A stretch of DNA of 64,000 bases, taken from NCBI GenBank assembly GCA_012295275.1, contig CM022671.1:4588001-4652000 (forward strand). The letters are read 5' to 3'. The notes below the pieces were generated by a model that was not told the origin of the DNA, made no database searches, and saw only the letters and a program-made list of their open reading frames with translations. The position numbers and the translations under genes are program-made. This document shows, one piece after another, positions 40,172 through 55,610 of the stretch. The DNA comes from Chrysomallon squamiferum. Taxonomy: Eukaryota > Animalia > Mollusca. Every line of letters begins with the position of its first letter. Position 1 is the stretch's first letter.

Positions 40172-40925
40172 CTTACAAACTGACAAATACTTCTTGAATA
40201 ATTAAGATTGAAAAAAAAAACTTTAAAGCTCTTACAGGAAATCTTTGTCTAAAAGTTTTTGCATTAAAAAGTTTCTGCCTTTTTGTCCCTTTTGTTGAAC
40301 CTGGTCTCACAGACTCCTCTATGCTTTGCCTATATCCCATAACTAGTTTTCATTTTTTTTTTTTTTTTTTTTTCCTTTCTTCTTTATTCGTTTTTTCTAG
40401 TTTTTTTATGAGTTAAGTTTGTGTAATGGTAGGTTATATTTGGGAACCAATCTGTTCTGAACTTCAGCTTATTTCTTTTACGTCTATCGTACAAATTTGT
40501 CCGGAAATTTACGAGACGGTAATTCTAGCGTTGTTCCATAAAAGAGACATCACATTGCCTCGTTTTCGTAATTATGAAAATTGCAGGAGCGGATCTGGGT
40601 GGGGCAGGGTAAACTAATGTGGTACCGATTTGTTTCATAATGATGAAATCTTCGGGATAGCTCCTGGGGGGGGTGTGTGATGTAATATGAGTTTGAAGAT
40701 ACTATTCCAGCAATTCTTTGATGATTATTAGTTTGGTACATAATTTGGAATGCCAGTTGAACATAAAGATTTTTTATAATAATAATAATAATAATGATAA
40801 TAACAATAATAATAATAATAATAATAAAAATTATAATAATAATAATAAGAATAACAATAACAACAATAATAAATAATTAAATAAATAAATAAATAAATAA
40901 ATAAAAAAAACAAATAATAAATAGA

Positions 40926-40992
<67 letters not shown>

Positions 40993-43900
40993 CTGTTTTA
41001 ATTTATGGTTTTTGATATCTCAGTGTACTGTATATTTTAAAATGTTCTTATTATAAAAGTATTTTTTCTTAAACTATTCTAACACTGCAGATGTTTCGTT
41101 CAGTGATTCCGTCTACGCTCTCAACCAAAATATCTAGATCCAACCTGAAGTGAAAATAAAACTTGAAGTTTAGCTCACTTGGGAAGGTTTGGCTTTGGAC
41201 GACCGTATGTACTGTTAAGTGGCAAATAAAATTAAAAGTAATTATGATTAGAATTTGATTCTAGGAACAACACACTCACCACACACATACACACACGCGC
41301 GCGCACATGTACACGAAATCTACATATAGTAAAACGAACAAAGAACCATTTAACTACTAAAAACAAATATTAAAAGTTAAAAATTAAAAAATCTAAAAAG
41401 GCAAGTCAACGATATAAAATGATTTAAAATTTCTGAACAAAATATGTAATAAATCATCAACAATAAATAAACAGATGAACATAAAATAACCAAGCTAATA
41501 AATAAACATCGTTAAACTAATTAAAAAAAAAATAAGCTGAAACGAAACCAATAAAAACGATTTATATTCATAAAAAAAAAAAAAATAATAATAATAAAAT
41601 AAAATAAATTTAATAAAATAAGAAATGAAATAAAAATAAAATAAAGAATTAATGTGAATGAGCTTTAATATTTCAGTTAATTATTCCCATTTTGCTTTTA
41701 AAATGACAAGTTTAATATTTCGATAAAATGTCGAGTATTCGAAAAAAATAATCACAAAATAATATTTAACAAAACAAAAATTAAAAACGTCAAAGAAAAG
41801 AAAAAAAAAAAAAAAAATGGATGACGGATTGAGAACAACCGTGACACAAAAAGACGATCAAAAGATATTTGAAAACGCAATAACTTCCCTTTGCATTTTT
41901 TAAACTTCCTTTTTTAGTTCAAATTTATGACACGTGACTCACCAGCAGCCAATTGTATTCCGTCCAATAGGAAGCGCGAGTCATCGTGACCTTTCCTTGA
42001 CATTTCAGCGATCTGAATCGCATCCAATCAGAACGCTTTAATGTGGCGGGCTCAATCGCCATAATTCTCTCGCTATGATTTATGATTGTATAATTTAATA
42101 GGCTGAGTCGTGAACCCGGTGCAAGCAGACCCAAAACAAAGACTGAAAGGAAAGCTTCTCTCTCGGCTTGATCAAAGAGATCAAAGTGATGTCGGTAATA
42201 AATGAAGTTCTAATCAAATAAACGAGGTCTGAAAGCGAGTATGTCCCGCCGATGAGTTTCCCTTGATCTGCAGAAATGCGAAAGGAAAAAAATCGCACAA
42301 TAAAAATATAAACATTTTATTGAGTGACGGAAAACACACGCGTTTCAATTGGATTGTCATTTGATGTCCTGTTCTAGAGAAAGTTGCTTCAATTTGAGTT
42401 ATCGACAAGGAAAAATGATGCGATCTTTTTTTTTTATATATAAGACTGTCTGTCTTTCTGGAAATTAGGAGATGAAAAAAAAAAAAAATCCAACAACAAC
42501 AAAAAACCCATTAATAAATAAAAATAAAAACTGAGATTGTGAGGACAAGCGAAAAAAGGAAAAAAGAGAGAAAACAAGTTTGAAATGAGTTTGGCAGCAG
42601 CTAACATACTGAAAGATAAATAATCAGCTAGATAATCAGACACACGGAGACAGACAGACAGATAGATAGACAGGCGCACGGACAAACAGACAGTTAGATA
42701 TACAGATGGCCCAACAAACACACATATATAGACAGATAGATGGACAGAAGATGAATGGATGGATGGATGGATAAACAGATTAACTGATAAACAACAATTC
42801 ACCTAGTTACACAAGCGAAGCAAAAGAAAGTTAAATTATAAAAAAAAAAAATTTTTTAAAATTAATAAAAAATTACATTAAATTAAATTAATAATGATGT
42901 TCATGATCATGATGACCTTCGTATAAATAAACTTTAAAAAAACCTTTATAATTTAAATAAAGGGTATGATATTTCTATTACCCTCTATTTATCTTCTTTC
43001 TTTGTTTCTTTTCTTTTCGTTCTTTTTCTTTCTTTCTTTCTTTCTTTATTTTTATTTTTATTTTTTAAATTTCAGTTTTTATTATAACAGACAGATAGAA
43101 GATAAACAAAGAAATTTTCGGATGTTTGAATGAATGAATAAATAAATAAATAAATAAATAATACAAGATGACAATACATGAAAGATGAGGACATTAACAG
43201 ATAAATTTAAAATGCAGTTTATTTACTTACTTACTTACTTACTTACTCAGTAATTTATTCTACATGTTATATTTCCCTATCTCTGACTCTCCATTTAAAT
43301 TAAAAATGACTTGATATTAATGTCATCTAAATCTAGCAAATGCAAGTACTAAATAAAACAACAAAGAAAACACTTTCATTTAACAATTTTGTGTAAAAAT
43401 AATGTTAATCAAAATGTAGTCAACAGTATTTTGTTAAAAGCTTTATCTATTAAAATAAGCTATAGAATAATAAACACTTTTTTCATAAAAGAAATTAACG
43501 AAAATGCAGTTTAGGTTATTTGGGAATGGTTTAGCAATATAAATAGACAAAATAAACCTTTTAAAAATAATTTGTTTTTCATTTAGTCCATTATTTTAGT
43601 TGGTGACGTCATTTGCAAAATAATTTCAGAATTTGTTTGTTAATTTTTTTTTTATTGGAATTGTTGGTAAACAATACTTCGTTTATTTTATTATATTTTA
43701 GTTCATTTTATTATTTTTTCTTTATCTATTTATTTATTTATTAACTAGTGTTTCTACTCCTACTACTGCCACTACACTTACTACTACTACTTCTACTACT
43801 ATTACTACTACTACTGTTACTACTGCTACTACTATATCCACTATTACTAGCACTACTACAACTATTGTTGCTATTACTACTTCTACTAGTACTAGTGATA

Positions 43901-44439
43901 GTACTTTTATTATTACTACTGCTAGTACTACTACAACTTTTACTACGTCAATTATTACTACTACTAACACCACTGCTACTATTGTTGTCACTAGTATTGT
44001 CGCTCTACCACAACTACTATTACTATTTCTACTATAACTACTTCTACTACTACTACTTCTATTTCTACTATTACTATCATTACTATTAGTAGAAGTAATT
44101 TCTATTAATGCAAATTTTGAAAGAAAAACTGATCAAAGCACGAATGGATAATAACTGAACCAGTGAATTGTTGAAGAAACAAACAAAAAATAATAATAAT
44201 AATAATAATAATAAAAATTCGGAAGAAAGAAAATTAAAGATAAATGTATTTTAATTCCAAACCAATTATATTTTTTTCTTTTCCTTGTAATTAATGGGAA
44301 TTCGATGCTTTAGGAAAGAAAGATATAAAGCGATGTCATCCTTAAACTTAATGGAATCTTTGTCATCTGTCATATTAAATGAAATCTGAATTAATTAGAT
44401 TTACAATCTAAAGTGCTGCAATATGATTGATTTCAAAAT

Positions 44440-45228
44440 CTTTGTCATTTATAGTACAATAGATTTAATAGTTATTCTCAGTACAACGAACTGAACAATT
44501 TTGACGATCTATAAAACTTGAATAAATGCATTTTACAGTGTTTACGATCTATAAATCGAAAATACAATAGACTTAACAATGTTTACCATTAACAGTGCTA
44601 AAATAAAATAGATTTAATAATGTTTACCATTAATAATACTAGAATACATTAGATTTAATGTTTAGCATCCATAATACTAGAATACAATAGATCTAACAAT
44701 GTTTACCATTAATAAGAATAGATACAACACATTTAATCATGCTATCAATAATATTTTGCCATTTATCATGTTAGAATGAAATGGATTTGACAATATAATT
44801 ATGTCGGCAATAATACTGAAATACAATGGCTTTAATATAAAAAAAAAATGTCCATCTTCACTGATGAAATATGTTAAAATATTTGTCGTCAACAACATTA
44901 AAATACAGTGTTTTTTTTTTAATGGAATTTGTCATCTACAGTCACAATGGATTTTGACAGTATTTGTTGGCAGGTTCATTAAAATACAATGTCTTTAATA
45001 GTATTTGCGATCTATAGAGTTTAAAATACAATGGCTTTAATATTATTTGCCATCTACAGTGTTTAAATTACAATGTCTTTAATATTATTTGCGATCTGTA
45101 GTGTTTAAATTACAATGTCTTTAATATTATTTGCCATCTATAGTGTTTAAATTACAATGTCTTTAATATTATTTGCCATCTACAGTGTTTAAAACACAAT
45201 GGACCTGACGTTATTTGCCGTCTACCGG
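44440..45228 (+). repeat. 42-bp minisatellite (atttgccatctacagtgtttaaattacaatgtctttaatatt)
   Basis: Units start at 45003, 45045, 45087, 45129, 45171 and 45213. Degenerate units extend leftward. Confidence 0.88.
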
Positions 45229-48200
45229 ACCACAGTGCAATCACTTTGTCACCGTTTATCGTCAGATACGTTTGAACGTAATTCTTCTACGACCCGAGGT
45301 TTGGCGAACCATCGACACTAATCCAGTATTTCGGTGTTAATCGCGGAGTGCAATTTCTAAAGTAAATGCAAGTGTCACTTCCAGCCTGGCCGGTATTGAT
45401 TCGCTCGGTGTGTGTAAACATCGGGGAAAAAGCAATGATACACGACATTACGGCTCGATAAGAGGTAAACTGCTGAATTCCACGTGTAATTACAACAGAT
45501 CTGATACCGCGGTGTGATGAATTCCGTTCTCGCCTGATTTCAAATTGATAGGTGTTCGAGTTGATAGAGATCAGCCCCTTTGTGATGTGTGATTTGTAGT
45601 AGCTGTAGTAGATATAGTAGCAGTAATAGTGTTAGTAGTAGTATCAGTAGTAGTATAGCAGAAGTAGTAGTAATAGTAGGAATAATAGTAATTCAAAAAG
45701 GAATAGTAGTAGCAGTAGCAGTAATATTAGCAGTAGTAATAGTGCTAACAGCACTAGCTATAGCAGAGTAATAGTATTTGTATCAGGAGTATTAGTAATG
45801 GTAGTAGTAGCAGCAGGAGTAGTAGTAGTAGTAAAGAAAATAGTAGCTGTTACCGTGGTAATAGTGCTGATGTGGAAGTCGTAGTAATAATACTAGTACC
45901 GGCTATAGTTCTTGTTTAAGTAGTAGTATCAGCTTTCGTTGTAGGTGCAGTAATAGTAACAGTAGTAGTCGTGTGTTTGTTTTTGTAATCTTAGTAGTAG
46001 TAGCTACGAACACTAATGCAAGTAGCAATACAGTAATACAAATAATAGTGGTAGGCCTTCTCAAATAAACCTAAACACATCATCTCTACGTATATGCACA
46101 CAAACACACAGATATTTATCTACGTATAATACACATACATAAAATAACGTGCAAACACGCAAATGTCTGTGGGTTTTTTTTCCGTTTCTAACTTGATTAT
46201 TATTTTTTATTTTTTTTTGTTTCCTTGCACACACCGCTGTGTGATATTTAATTATTTGTTACACCAAGCTCAGTGTATTATTTCATTACTCTGTTATTCC
46301 CAGCTAGCTCTCCTGCGAGTACGAAAATAATTTCACCGTTTTGCCCGACGCCTTCTCATCGAATTTGATCTGTCGATGTTAAATTATTGACTGGTTGCGG
46401 GTCGCCACGTTAATGAAGGCTGGCTATAAAGAATTGGAAAGTGTCACCTTTTGTAAATGAGATTGCAAGATGTCCGCCAATAACTCTACGTCTCGGAGCT
46501 GGCCGAAGCGACTTCGAGGCTTCGCTTTCTTTAACAGTGTTTGCGATGACCGCGTGAAAAGCGATCATTTCGTGGGGCAATATTTTCATTACACTGCATT
46601 AACACGACAGCGACAGGGGTCACGCTGTTAGTCACGCATCTGTGTGGTCAGTCAGCGACGTCTCGGAGTTGTTTTGACAGCGATGCGTGGGGCAACGTCA
46701 ACGTCTTCCAATTTCAGGATTTTTTTTTTTTTTTCTTTCACCCTCCTTTATAATCAAGAAAGAGAATGGTTTTCTGTTTAAACGTAAATTAGTCTCTCAT
46801 TTGAAATCTGGCGTCTAAATGATAGTCAAATGATGTTTACGTGTTTAAATTGTTCATACGTTACATTAAATTGCTCATGTATCGAGATATACGACAGAGA
46901 ACTTGTTATTATATAGACACTAAAAACTGATACATGCGCCATTATAGAAAATAGACGCCATAGTAACAGTGAAGAATTCTTATAACAGAAGAAAAAAATA
47001 CGTGATGTAAAAAAGATGCTGTATGATATGAAATTATAGACTTGATTATAATAATGACGACATTGACGTGATCTGGAATAAAATAAGATACAGATAGGAT
47101 ACAGAATAATAAAAAAAATATGGAGACTGTAATAGGATAATGATAGAATTAGATGTAATGTAGGATATTAAAGTTTTGATGTGGTATAGAAGCAGTATAG
47201 GACATACACGTCATGTTATTCTGCAGAAAAGATATAATATGAAGGCTGCGACAGGACAATGATAGTTTTAAGCAATGTAGAGTGATAATAGACCATACAT
47301 ATCAAAACCTAACAGCCATGTTTACAAACTATAAAGTAGAAATGGATTAGATTAAATAATGTTTATTTATTTATTTTATTTTATTTTATTTTATTCTTTT
47401 TATTTTATTAACATTTTATACTCTGTTTACATATATTTGATTACATTGGTCTTATTTTTTCATTTCTTTTTTCTACAACTCACAATTTATTTATTCATTT
47501 TCTGCCTTGTTTTTTTTTTTTTTTTTTATTTTTTTTTTCAATTTTATTGTTCTCACAGACATTACCCGTAATTCTTCTAAACTCTTTTATTATCAATCAT
47601 TTCAATACAACATCCACTTTTTTCTTTTTTTTTACACTTTAACAGACCTTACACTCGGACCAAATCTGAATCACCTACATCACTGCACTTTCATATCCAG
47701 CAACAATAAAAAGTATTAACATGACCGCTCATCTTTTTTGGCTAACGAAATCATCATCTTTTCTTCTTTACAAAGGTCCAGATATCCAGTGACTGCATCC
47801 CAACAATAAACCCCGAAAATCCAATGAAAAGAAGCAGTTATCTTGCCTATTTTTTTAAGCATTTTTTTTGTCCTTTCCTGATTGTCGAAAATCGATTGCC
47901 TTAATGACTGTAAGGTGACTGCATTTTGGTCACTTTGAGCGCGCTAAAGAAGAAACGAGAGATCGCCTCCAACGAAATAAAACAAGAAATCTAATTGGGA
48001 TTTCTTCTGTGCGATTTTGCAATCGTAAATTAAATCGAAAGTTTGCGCGTGTCGGAGAGTTGCGCAAGGTTTTAGAGGCTTCTGTGAATTAACTCAGGAT
48101 TCGGTTGCGTGGATTTTTATGCGCGTGTTTGTTTGTGGGTTATCGGTCTATTCGCAGTTGTTGCTGGGGTTTTTATCTTTTTATTTATTTCTTCTTCTTC

Positions 48201-48351
48201 TTTTTATGTTTTTTTCTTTTTTTTTTTTTAAACTAACACTCAAGCAATATTTGAATGTTTTTTTTAGGATAGAAAGAAGCTTATCTATCTACCGATGCAA
48301 ATAACAAACTAAAACCCATAATGTATTAATTAACAGAAACAATTATTTATT

Positions 48352-48409
<58 letters not shown>

Positions 48410-50181
48410 TTTCCCCCATAGAAACAGATGGTGTATTTTCAAAATAATACTGACCCGACGCAACAGCGATGGGGGGCAGAAGAGGCAAGACTCAGTGGAA
48501 ACACTAGAAAAATGTGGCAAAAGAGGACGAAATTGTACTTTTTAATCTTTCATAAATTTCAGGCAAATCAGCGTCTTTACATAGAGTCACGTAAACGCAC
48601 GTGCGCAAATCTGTTTTCAATAGGTTCTACATGATGATCCGTTTTACAGGAAGAGCTGCATGAAGTATTTATGTAAAACTGTTATATATATACACCGCTA
48701 TACAAAAGTAAACAAGCCTGTGTAGATTTATTCATCTTAAACAGTGATGTGTATTTAATATCGTTAGATAATTTGGAATTATTATTATTATTCTCTTGAG
48801 TATTTCTTTAAGTTAATAACTATTACGCAAAATTTCTCGAAATCCAGATGCACTGAAATTCGGTATAACGTTCTGGAGTGTTCTTTTTATATTTATTTAT
48901 TTATTTATTTATTTAGTTATTTTGCGCTTTGCATTCTCCAGTAGTTTGTTTTTGTTCTTGCGGTTGTTGTTTTAAATAGTACAGCAGCTTTTTAAATTTT
49001 TATTTATTTATTTGTGTTGTAGTTACGGTTGTTTTGAAAAAGAAAAGAACAGTTTAAAAGTGTTGTTTGAATCTAATATAATAATAATAATAATTAACGA
49101 ACGAATGGATGAATGTATGAAAGAATTAAATAATGAATGAACCAATGAACGAATGAATAAATTAATAAATAAATAATTAAAACTATAGTAAAGCTACGTA
49201 CCATACAGGTGAATTTCCTATCAAAATTTTACGCCTAACACAGAGAAACTGAAAAACACAAAGAGATGCTGAGATCGTGAGTTTTCGTGAGTTCGTTTAG
49301 GTGACGGTCACGGTATAAATAATTGTCCTTGTGGGTAAAATTATTTTTATTTTGTTGCTGTAGCTGTCTCGTTTTGTCTAGACGCAGTATATTGCACACG
49401 TCACAGTTCCTGAACCCCTCAACAGGTTTTAATTGAGTACATTTATTTGACAATTAGATAACACAGTTTTGATTTTTGGCAATTTTGGAAACAGACGGAT
49501 AGATAGATAGATGGATGAATGGATGGTGAATAAATGGATGGCTGGATGGATGGATGGATGAATGATGGATGGGTAGATGGATATATCTAGATAAATATAA
49601 CAGATTTACAGACAGAGAGACAGACGGACAGATAGACAGATAAATATTCTTTCTCTCTTGTCTGATGCATCTCTCCGTATTTTTTTGTTCTTCTATCCTT
49701 TAATTTTTCTTTTTTTTTTCATTTCGTTTTTTTTTTTTTTTCTCTCTCTCTTTTTTTTTTCTCCTCTTCCTGACCCATTTCCTAATTCTCTTCTCTCTTA
49801 CTCTGACAACTGCGTCACCAAGTTGTCAGTGTTTTAATCTTCAAGATTAATACAGAGATTGAAGCTAATTTGTCCAACTCACTCAGCCGTACAGACACTT
49901 ATTTGATAAAACACTTTACTCCATCCTCTTGACTCACTTATTTTATTTTATTATATTTTATTTTATTTTTTATTTATTTCGTTATTTATTATTATTTATT
50001 TATTATATTTATTTATTTATTCTTTATTTATTTATATTTTTAGTTATTTATTTATATTTATTATTTTTAATTATTATATATTTTTTTTTATTTATTTATT
50101 TATTTTTTTTTTTTTTTTTCATTTATTTATTATTTTTCATTTATTTATTTATTATTTTTAAATTATTTTTTTATTTATTTA

Positions 50182-50222
<41 letters not shown>

Positions 50223-51000
50223 TTTTTTTTTTTTTTTTTTTTAAAACCAAAAATCACAACACGGCTAAGAACACCAAACATTAAAAACTGATTTATTTAA
50301 TTTTCAATAATGTCTATTTTTACAGTTTTCAACTGAAAATCAACCACAAACACTGTTCCACGTTTACAATTTTCTACCGAAAAAAAAAAACAACAAAAAA
50401 CAACCCCCCTCACAACGAATGTGCGGGAGTGCTTACAGTTTTTCTACTACAAAAATCAAACCACACCCCATCTGTCGGCTGTTTCAACCAAACGTGAACG
50501 TCCTTTCATTACCACTGAAACCGAGAGTTCCGCAACGCGTCGCCATTGACAACGAATTACTCCTAAAATACGAGTATTTTACGTCTGGAATTATTTCTGA
50601 CACATATGTCTTCTTGTGGACCTCTCTGCCAATTCGGAGAGCATTCATGCGTAATTTCGGTCCACTCAAATTTGATTAAAGTATAGCTTCATTTACCTCT
50701 CCCCGTTTCGTTTATTGGACACAATTTTCAGACCAGACTACAATATCCTCTCAGTCGACCGGGTCAGGCTAAGAATACTAATCAACTGTACGTTTGTGTG
50801 TTTGTCTGTCTGTCTTTCGCTTCCTCTTCTTACTCTTTTTTTTTTTTCCCCCTCTTCTTCTTTTTGTAAAAAAAAAAAGAACGTCTGAAGAGGTTTGTGT
50901 TATAAAGGACCGAGGGTTTCGTCTAATTGATACGTTTCAATACACACACAAACACACACACAAACAAAAGCTGACGTAATCACGTTAACAGTTAAAACGC

Positions 51001-51063
<63 letters not shown>

Positions 51064-53375
51064 GGATTCGCGGATATTGCCGGGTCTTCCTTCTTTTCAC
51101 TGCTTTTTTTTTTATGTCAGGATGTTGTGTGTGTGTCTCTCGTGTTATTAGACTCGAGATTTGAAATTTAGATTTTTCTTGTAGGTCTGAATGCTTATAT
51201 AGACTGACTGAGGGATTGATGGATGGAGAAGAAAAACAAAATGAAAGAAAGATTAAATGAATTGAGTGGACGGATGTGAAAAAGAACATACGGACATCTG
51301 GAAAGATGGATGACTGGATGATGGATGGATGGATGGAAACAAATAAGAAAAGATGAATGGATGATTAACTGAATCAATGGATAGAATGACACATTGTATA
51401 ATCAGATACACGTTTTAAGCGCCTACGTAATTTCCATTTTTATTTTATATTACTCCTACCGGCTTGTTTCCCGTTCCAGCCAGAGCTCCAAAAGTAACAC
51501 ACTTCTTTTAATCTCGACATATTTATTATTAATTATTTTTTTTTTTTGCAGCTATTCGGTACTAGTAGCCAAATGAATAATAACAGCTGCAAATTTCCAC
51601 CTTCTAACACAATAACTCTTCTTCGAACACAGAAAAAAACAAAACAAACTATAGTTCCCACTTCGTAGAGGTTAGGCTGCGCTTCAGTGTATGTAAATAT
51701 ATTTCAAAACAGTCGGTTATCGACTAAACTACTCACTGGATATAATAATTGTAGTTGTGCGTTTTCCCCGACACACAAACAAAGACCAGTCAGAAATCAG
51801 TGGCAGTGGGCTTCATATAAAACTGTTATCACCGTAATTAAATCTGTCACGCGCACAATTATCGGACAGGGTCAGACAGGTTTGAACCACGATCGTCAAC
51901 AATTGAACGCTGATTGCAGAATTCTCGTCATTCTCGTGACATGCGCGTTTACACGGCTAAATGCAGCTCGTGTTGATTTTTTTTTTTGATATTTTTTTTT
52001 TTTTGTTCACGTGACCCTGATAATGGAATTTTTTTTGTTTGCTGCTGACAAACTGCTTACAAAATTTATTTGTTTTGATATATATTTTATTTTTATTTTT
52101 TTTAATTCTATTTTTTATTTTATTTTATTTTATTTTATTTTTTATTTTATTTTATTTTATTTATTTTTACATAAAAATTTATTTTATTTTGTTTTGTTTT
52201 GTTGTTGTTGTTCCAAAGAAATGAAAAAACACAACAACAAAACAACAGGGTGTAATTATTGGTGCCATCAAAAACTAATTAAAATCAAATCAAATCAAAT
52301 CAAATTCTTGCTTTGTTTTTGTTGCAAGCGATAAAAAAATAACATACCAGCCTAATTATTGGCACCAGTCCTGTAATTATTAAAGGACAATTTTTTGTTT
52401 TGTTTCAAGCGATGAAGACGAAATATATAATTATCGATATCACCCAAAAATGATATAGTAGATTTTTTTTATATTTTTGTTACTGCTTCCAATTTCAGTG
52501 GCATACTGAATTGGGTTTCTATGGAAACCTATTCACTGCTTCTATTTATTTATTCAGAATGATGACGACAATGACATTTTGTGTGCCTCCGAAACGGTTT
52601 ACGGCATGACGCTAAAGCAACTTCCGGTTGTACTATTCACCTGTTGTGGTGGAGCGCATTGTCTTCTTGTGATGTTAATTTGCATGGGAAGCGAATCAGA
52701 CGTCAGTTTTAATCGCGTGTTGCCGAAATGGTAAATTGATGTTGTAAATTGCTCGTCCCCAGGGGGAAATCTTTGCAAAAACAGGCTTCTGCAGCCACGA
52801 TTAAAATCACATTTCGGTGGCTGGTCTGTTGTGTTAATCACATTTAATCACAAAAGACGTTGACCACGACCGCAACACTTTTAACGTCGTTGTAAAAGCG
52901 TTTTGGGAAACGCCGTGGCTAGACCACAACCTGTTGTTGTTGTTTTTTTCTTTTTTTTCTTTTCTTTTCTTTCTTTTTTCTTTTGTTAAAGAAATAATTC
53001 AAGAAAAAAAGAAATTCCGATATCATTCCCAAACATTTTTTTTCTCCAGAGATTGAGCGCAAAGTTAAAGTTTACAGAGCATTCTGGGATATGTTTGTTA
53101 GACTAACTCACGGAAAAAACAGTTCCGATTCTTAACATTTTTCCCGATTGTTTGACTTGAGTTGGGAGAAGTTAATTAAGTAAAATAGTCACTCGTCTTT
53201 TTGTACTGATGAAAAGAGATTTGTAGGATAAAATAGAAGATTGTGTTGTTGATGATGATCGAAGAAGAAGAACAACAACAACAACAACAACAAAGAAGGG
53301 AAGAAAAGGTTAAGAAATCGAACGAAAGACGCATTAATAGTTATCAGTAATTTTATTTTATTTTATTTTATTTTT

Positions 53376-53406
<31 letters not shown>

Positions 53407-53765
53407 TTATTATTTTTTTTTTTTTTTGGAAGTTAAATTAAATTATATTTAGTTTTATTTTACTTTACTTTTTAAAATTATTTTTTTTTTTTTACTTTCA
53501 TTTCTTTTTTTTTTTTTTTCGATCCATATTTATTTTTCTTCCTCTTTTTTTTTTTTTTTTTTTTTGTTTTGTTTTCTGTTTTTACAGTTTTCTTGCTTTC
53601 TTCTTTGTTTTTTCTTTAAGTCTAAAAAATAGTTAAAAAGGAACAAAAATAAGAAATTTAAAAAAAATAAAATAAAATATGAATAGGAAAATAAATAAAT
53701 AAATAGAAATAAATAAATAAATAAATAAATAAATAAAATAAAATAAAATAAAATAAAATAAATAG

Positions 53766-53796
<31 letters not shown>

Positions 53797-55275
53797 AATT
53801 TAAAAAATAGAAAAAATAAATAAAATGAAATAAAATAAAATAAAATAAAATAAATAGTAAATAAATAAATTAAATTAAATAAAAACAAAAAAAAAATTCA
53901 AAAAAAAAAAAATTCAAAAAAAAAAAAATTCAAAAAATAAATAAATAAAAACGTTTCTGCTTTACTCTGACATCATTAAAACAAATATTCATTTTCCTCC
54001 ATAAACCTTCCAGATTACGGCCGAACGCACCAGATGACGTTTTTTAAATCTTACAAGCATCACGTTAAGTCAGGTGGTCTTAAACCGAGTTAAACTGTTC
54101 TCAATTCATCAAGTCAGCTTGATTTACGCTCCAGTAACGTAAGCGTCAACTAGAGTTCCCGAGTTTAAGTGATAAAAGTCAGAGAAAAAAAAAATACAAA
54201 AGCAAAATAATAAAATTTTTAAAAAATTGTAAAAGAAAAGAAAAGAAGACAATCGTGCACATTTAACAACTGTAATGTGTTTTCTCTGAAAATGAATGGC
54301 TTTAGAAGAAAAAAAAAAAAAAAGAAAAGAAAATTGAAGAAGACAAAGAGACCGATTAAGAAAAAAACCCCAACAAAAACAGCCAGAAGATAAATGGAAG
54401 AAATGATGAAATGTTAAATGCATGGATACACTGACAGACAGATTGACACACAACTGTATTGATACTAAGAGACTGACAGATAGATAGATAGGCACCAAGA
54501 TAGATGGACGAATGAAAGGATGAATGAGTGGATGGATGGATGGATGAATGAGTGGATGGATGGATAGATAAATCGATGGACCTAGAGGATTAGGGAAAAA
54601 AAAAGATAAGTGACGTAAAGAGAGAAAAGTTATTGAAACATTTTAAGAGAAAGAGAAAGACAGGCAGACACACATACACAGAGACAGAGACACAGAAAGA
54701 AAAAGAGATAGAATAAACTTGATATAAAGAGAAATCCCTCTTAAATGAAATGAAAAAAAAAAAAAAAAAAAAAGAAAATTCGGTAAAGCTCAACAATTCC
54801 GCGATTCCAGCTGTACTTACAGAATCAATCTTCATGTTTTTTTTTTTTTTTTTCTTTTCTTCTTCTCTTTGTTGCACGATCTGACGTAAAGAGACTTTTG
54901 CGGATCTCTCCTCTGTTCCATAGCAAACTCAAACGCTTGTCAGCAATCCCGGCAATGACGTCTAATTAAATCTATCGTGTAGGGCCGCGCACTGAGCGTA
55001 GTTTGGCAGTTGGATTTGTTTTCGATAATTAACACCAAGCTTGGTCTTCAGGAATCATTTTTTTTTTTTTTTTTTTTTTTTTCTCGGCTAAAATAATATT
55101 TATGGATGACGTTGGTGACGTCGGAAGACAAATTGGTCTGTCGAAATTACATCCTCCATGTCGTAGTCCTGGATAACGAATGAACTGGAGATAAACTCGA
55201 GATCGGGCGGCGAATCGTAAAAGCTTACTGCGAGAAGTTGCGACAACAACGCGAGACATCGGGCTTTTTTTTACG

Positions 55276-55610
55276 TTTGCGAATTCTGCGTTTACGACAA
55301 GCAATGGGGTTTGCGAATTTTGCACTTACGACAAGCAATGGGATTTGCGAATTTTGCACTTACGACAAGCAATGGGATTTGCGAATTTTGCACTTACGGC
55401 ACGCAATGGGATTTGCGAATTTTGCACTTACGACAGGCGATATTAGTTGCGAATTTTACGTTTGCCGTACGCTGTTTATTTGCGAATCGGGTTTTCAACC
55501 CACAGTCTATTTACAAATTACGCATTTGCAGCACGCAATATATTTGCGAATTTTTAGATTCACCAAAAGCTGTGTATTCGCGAATAATGCACTTACGACA
55601 CGCAAATAAT
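55276..55610 (+). repeat. 34-bp minisatellite (tttgcgaattttgcacttacgacaagcaatggga)
   Basis: Units at 55276, 55310, 55344, 55378 and 55412, then degenerate copies. Confidence 0.92.
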
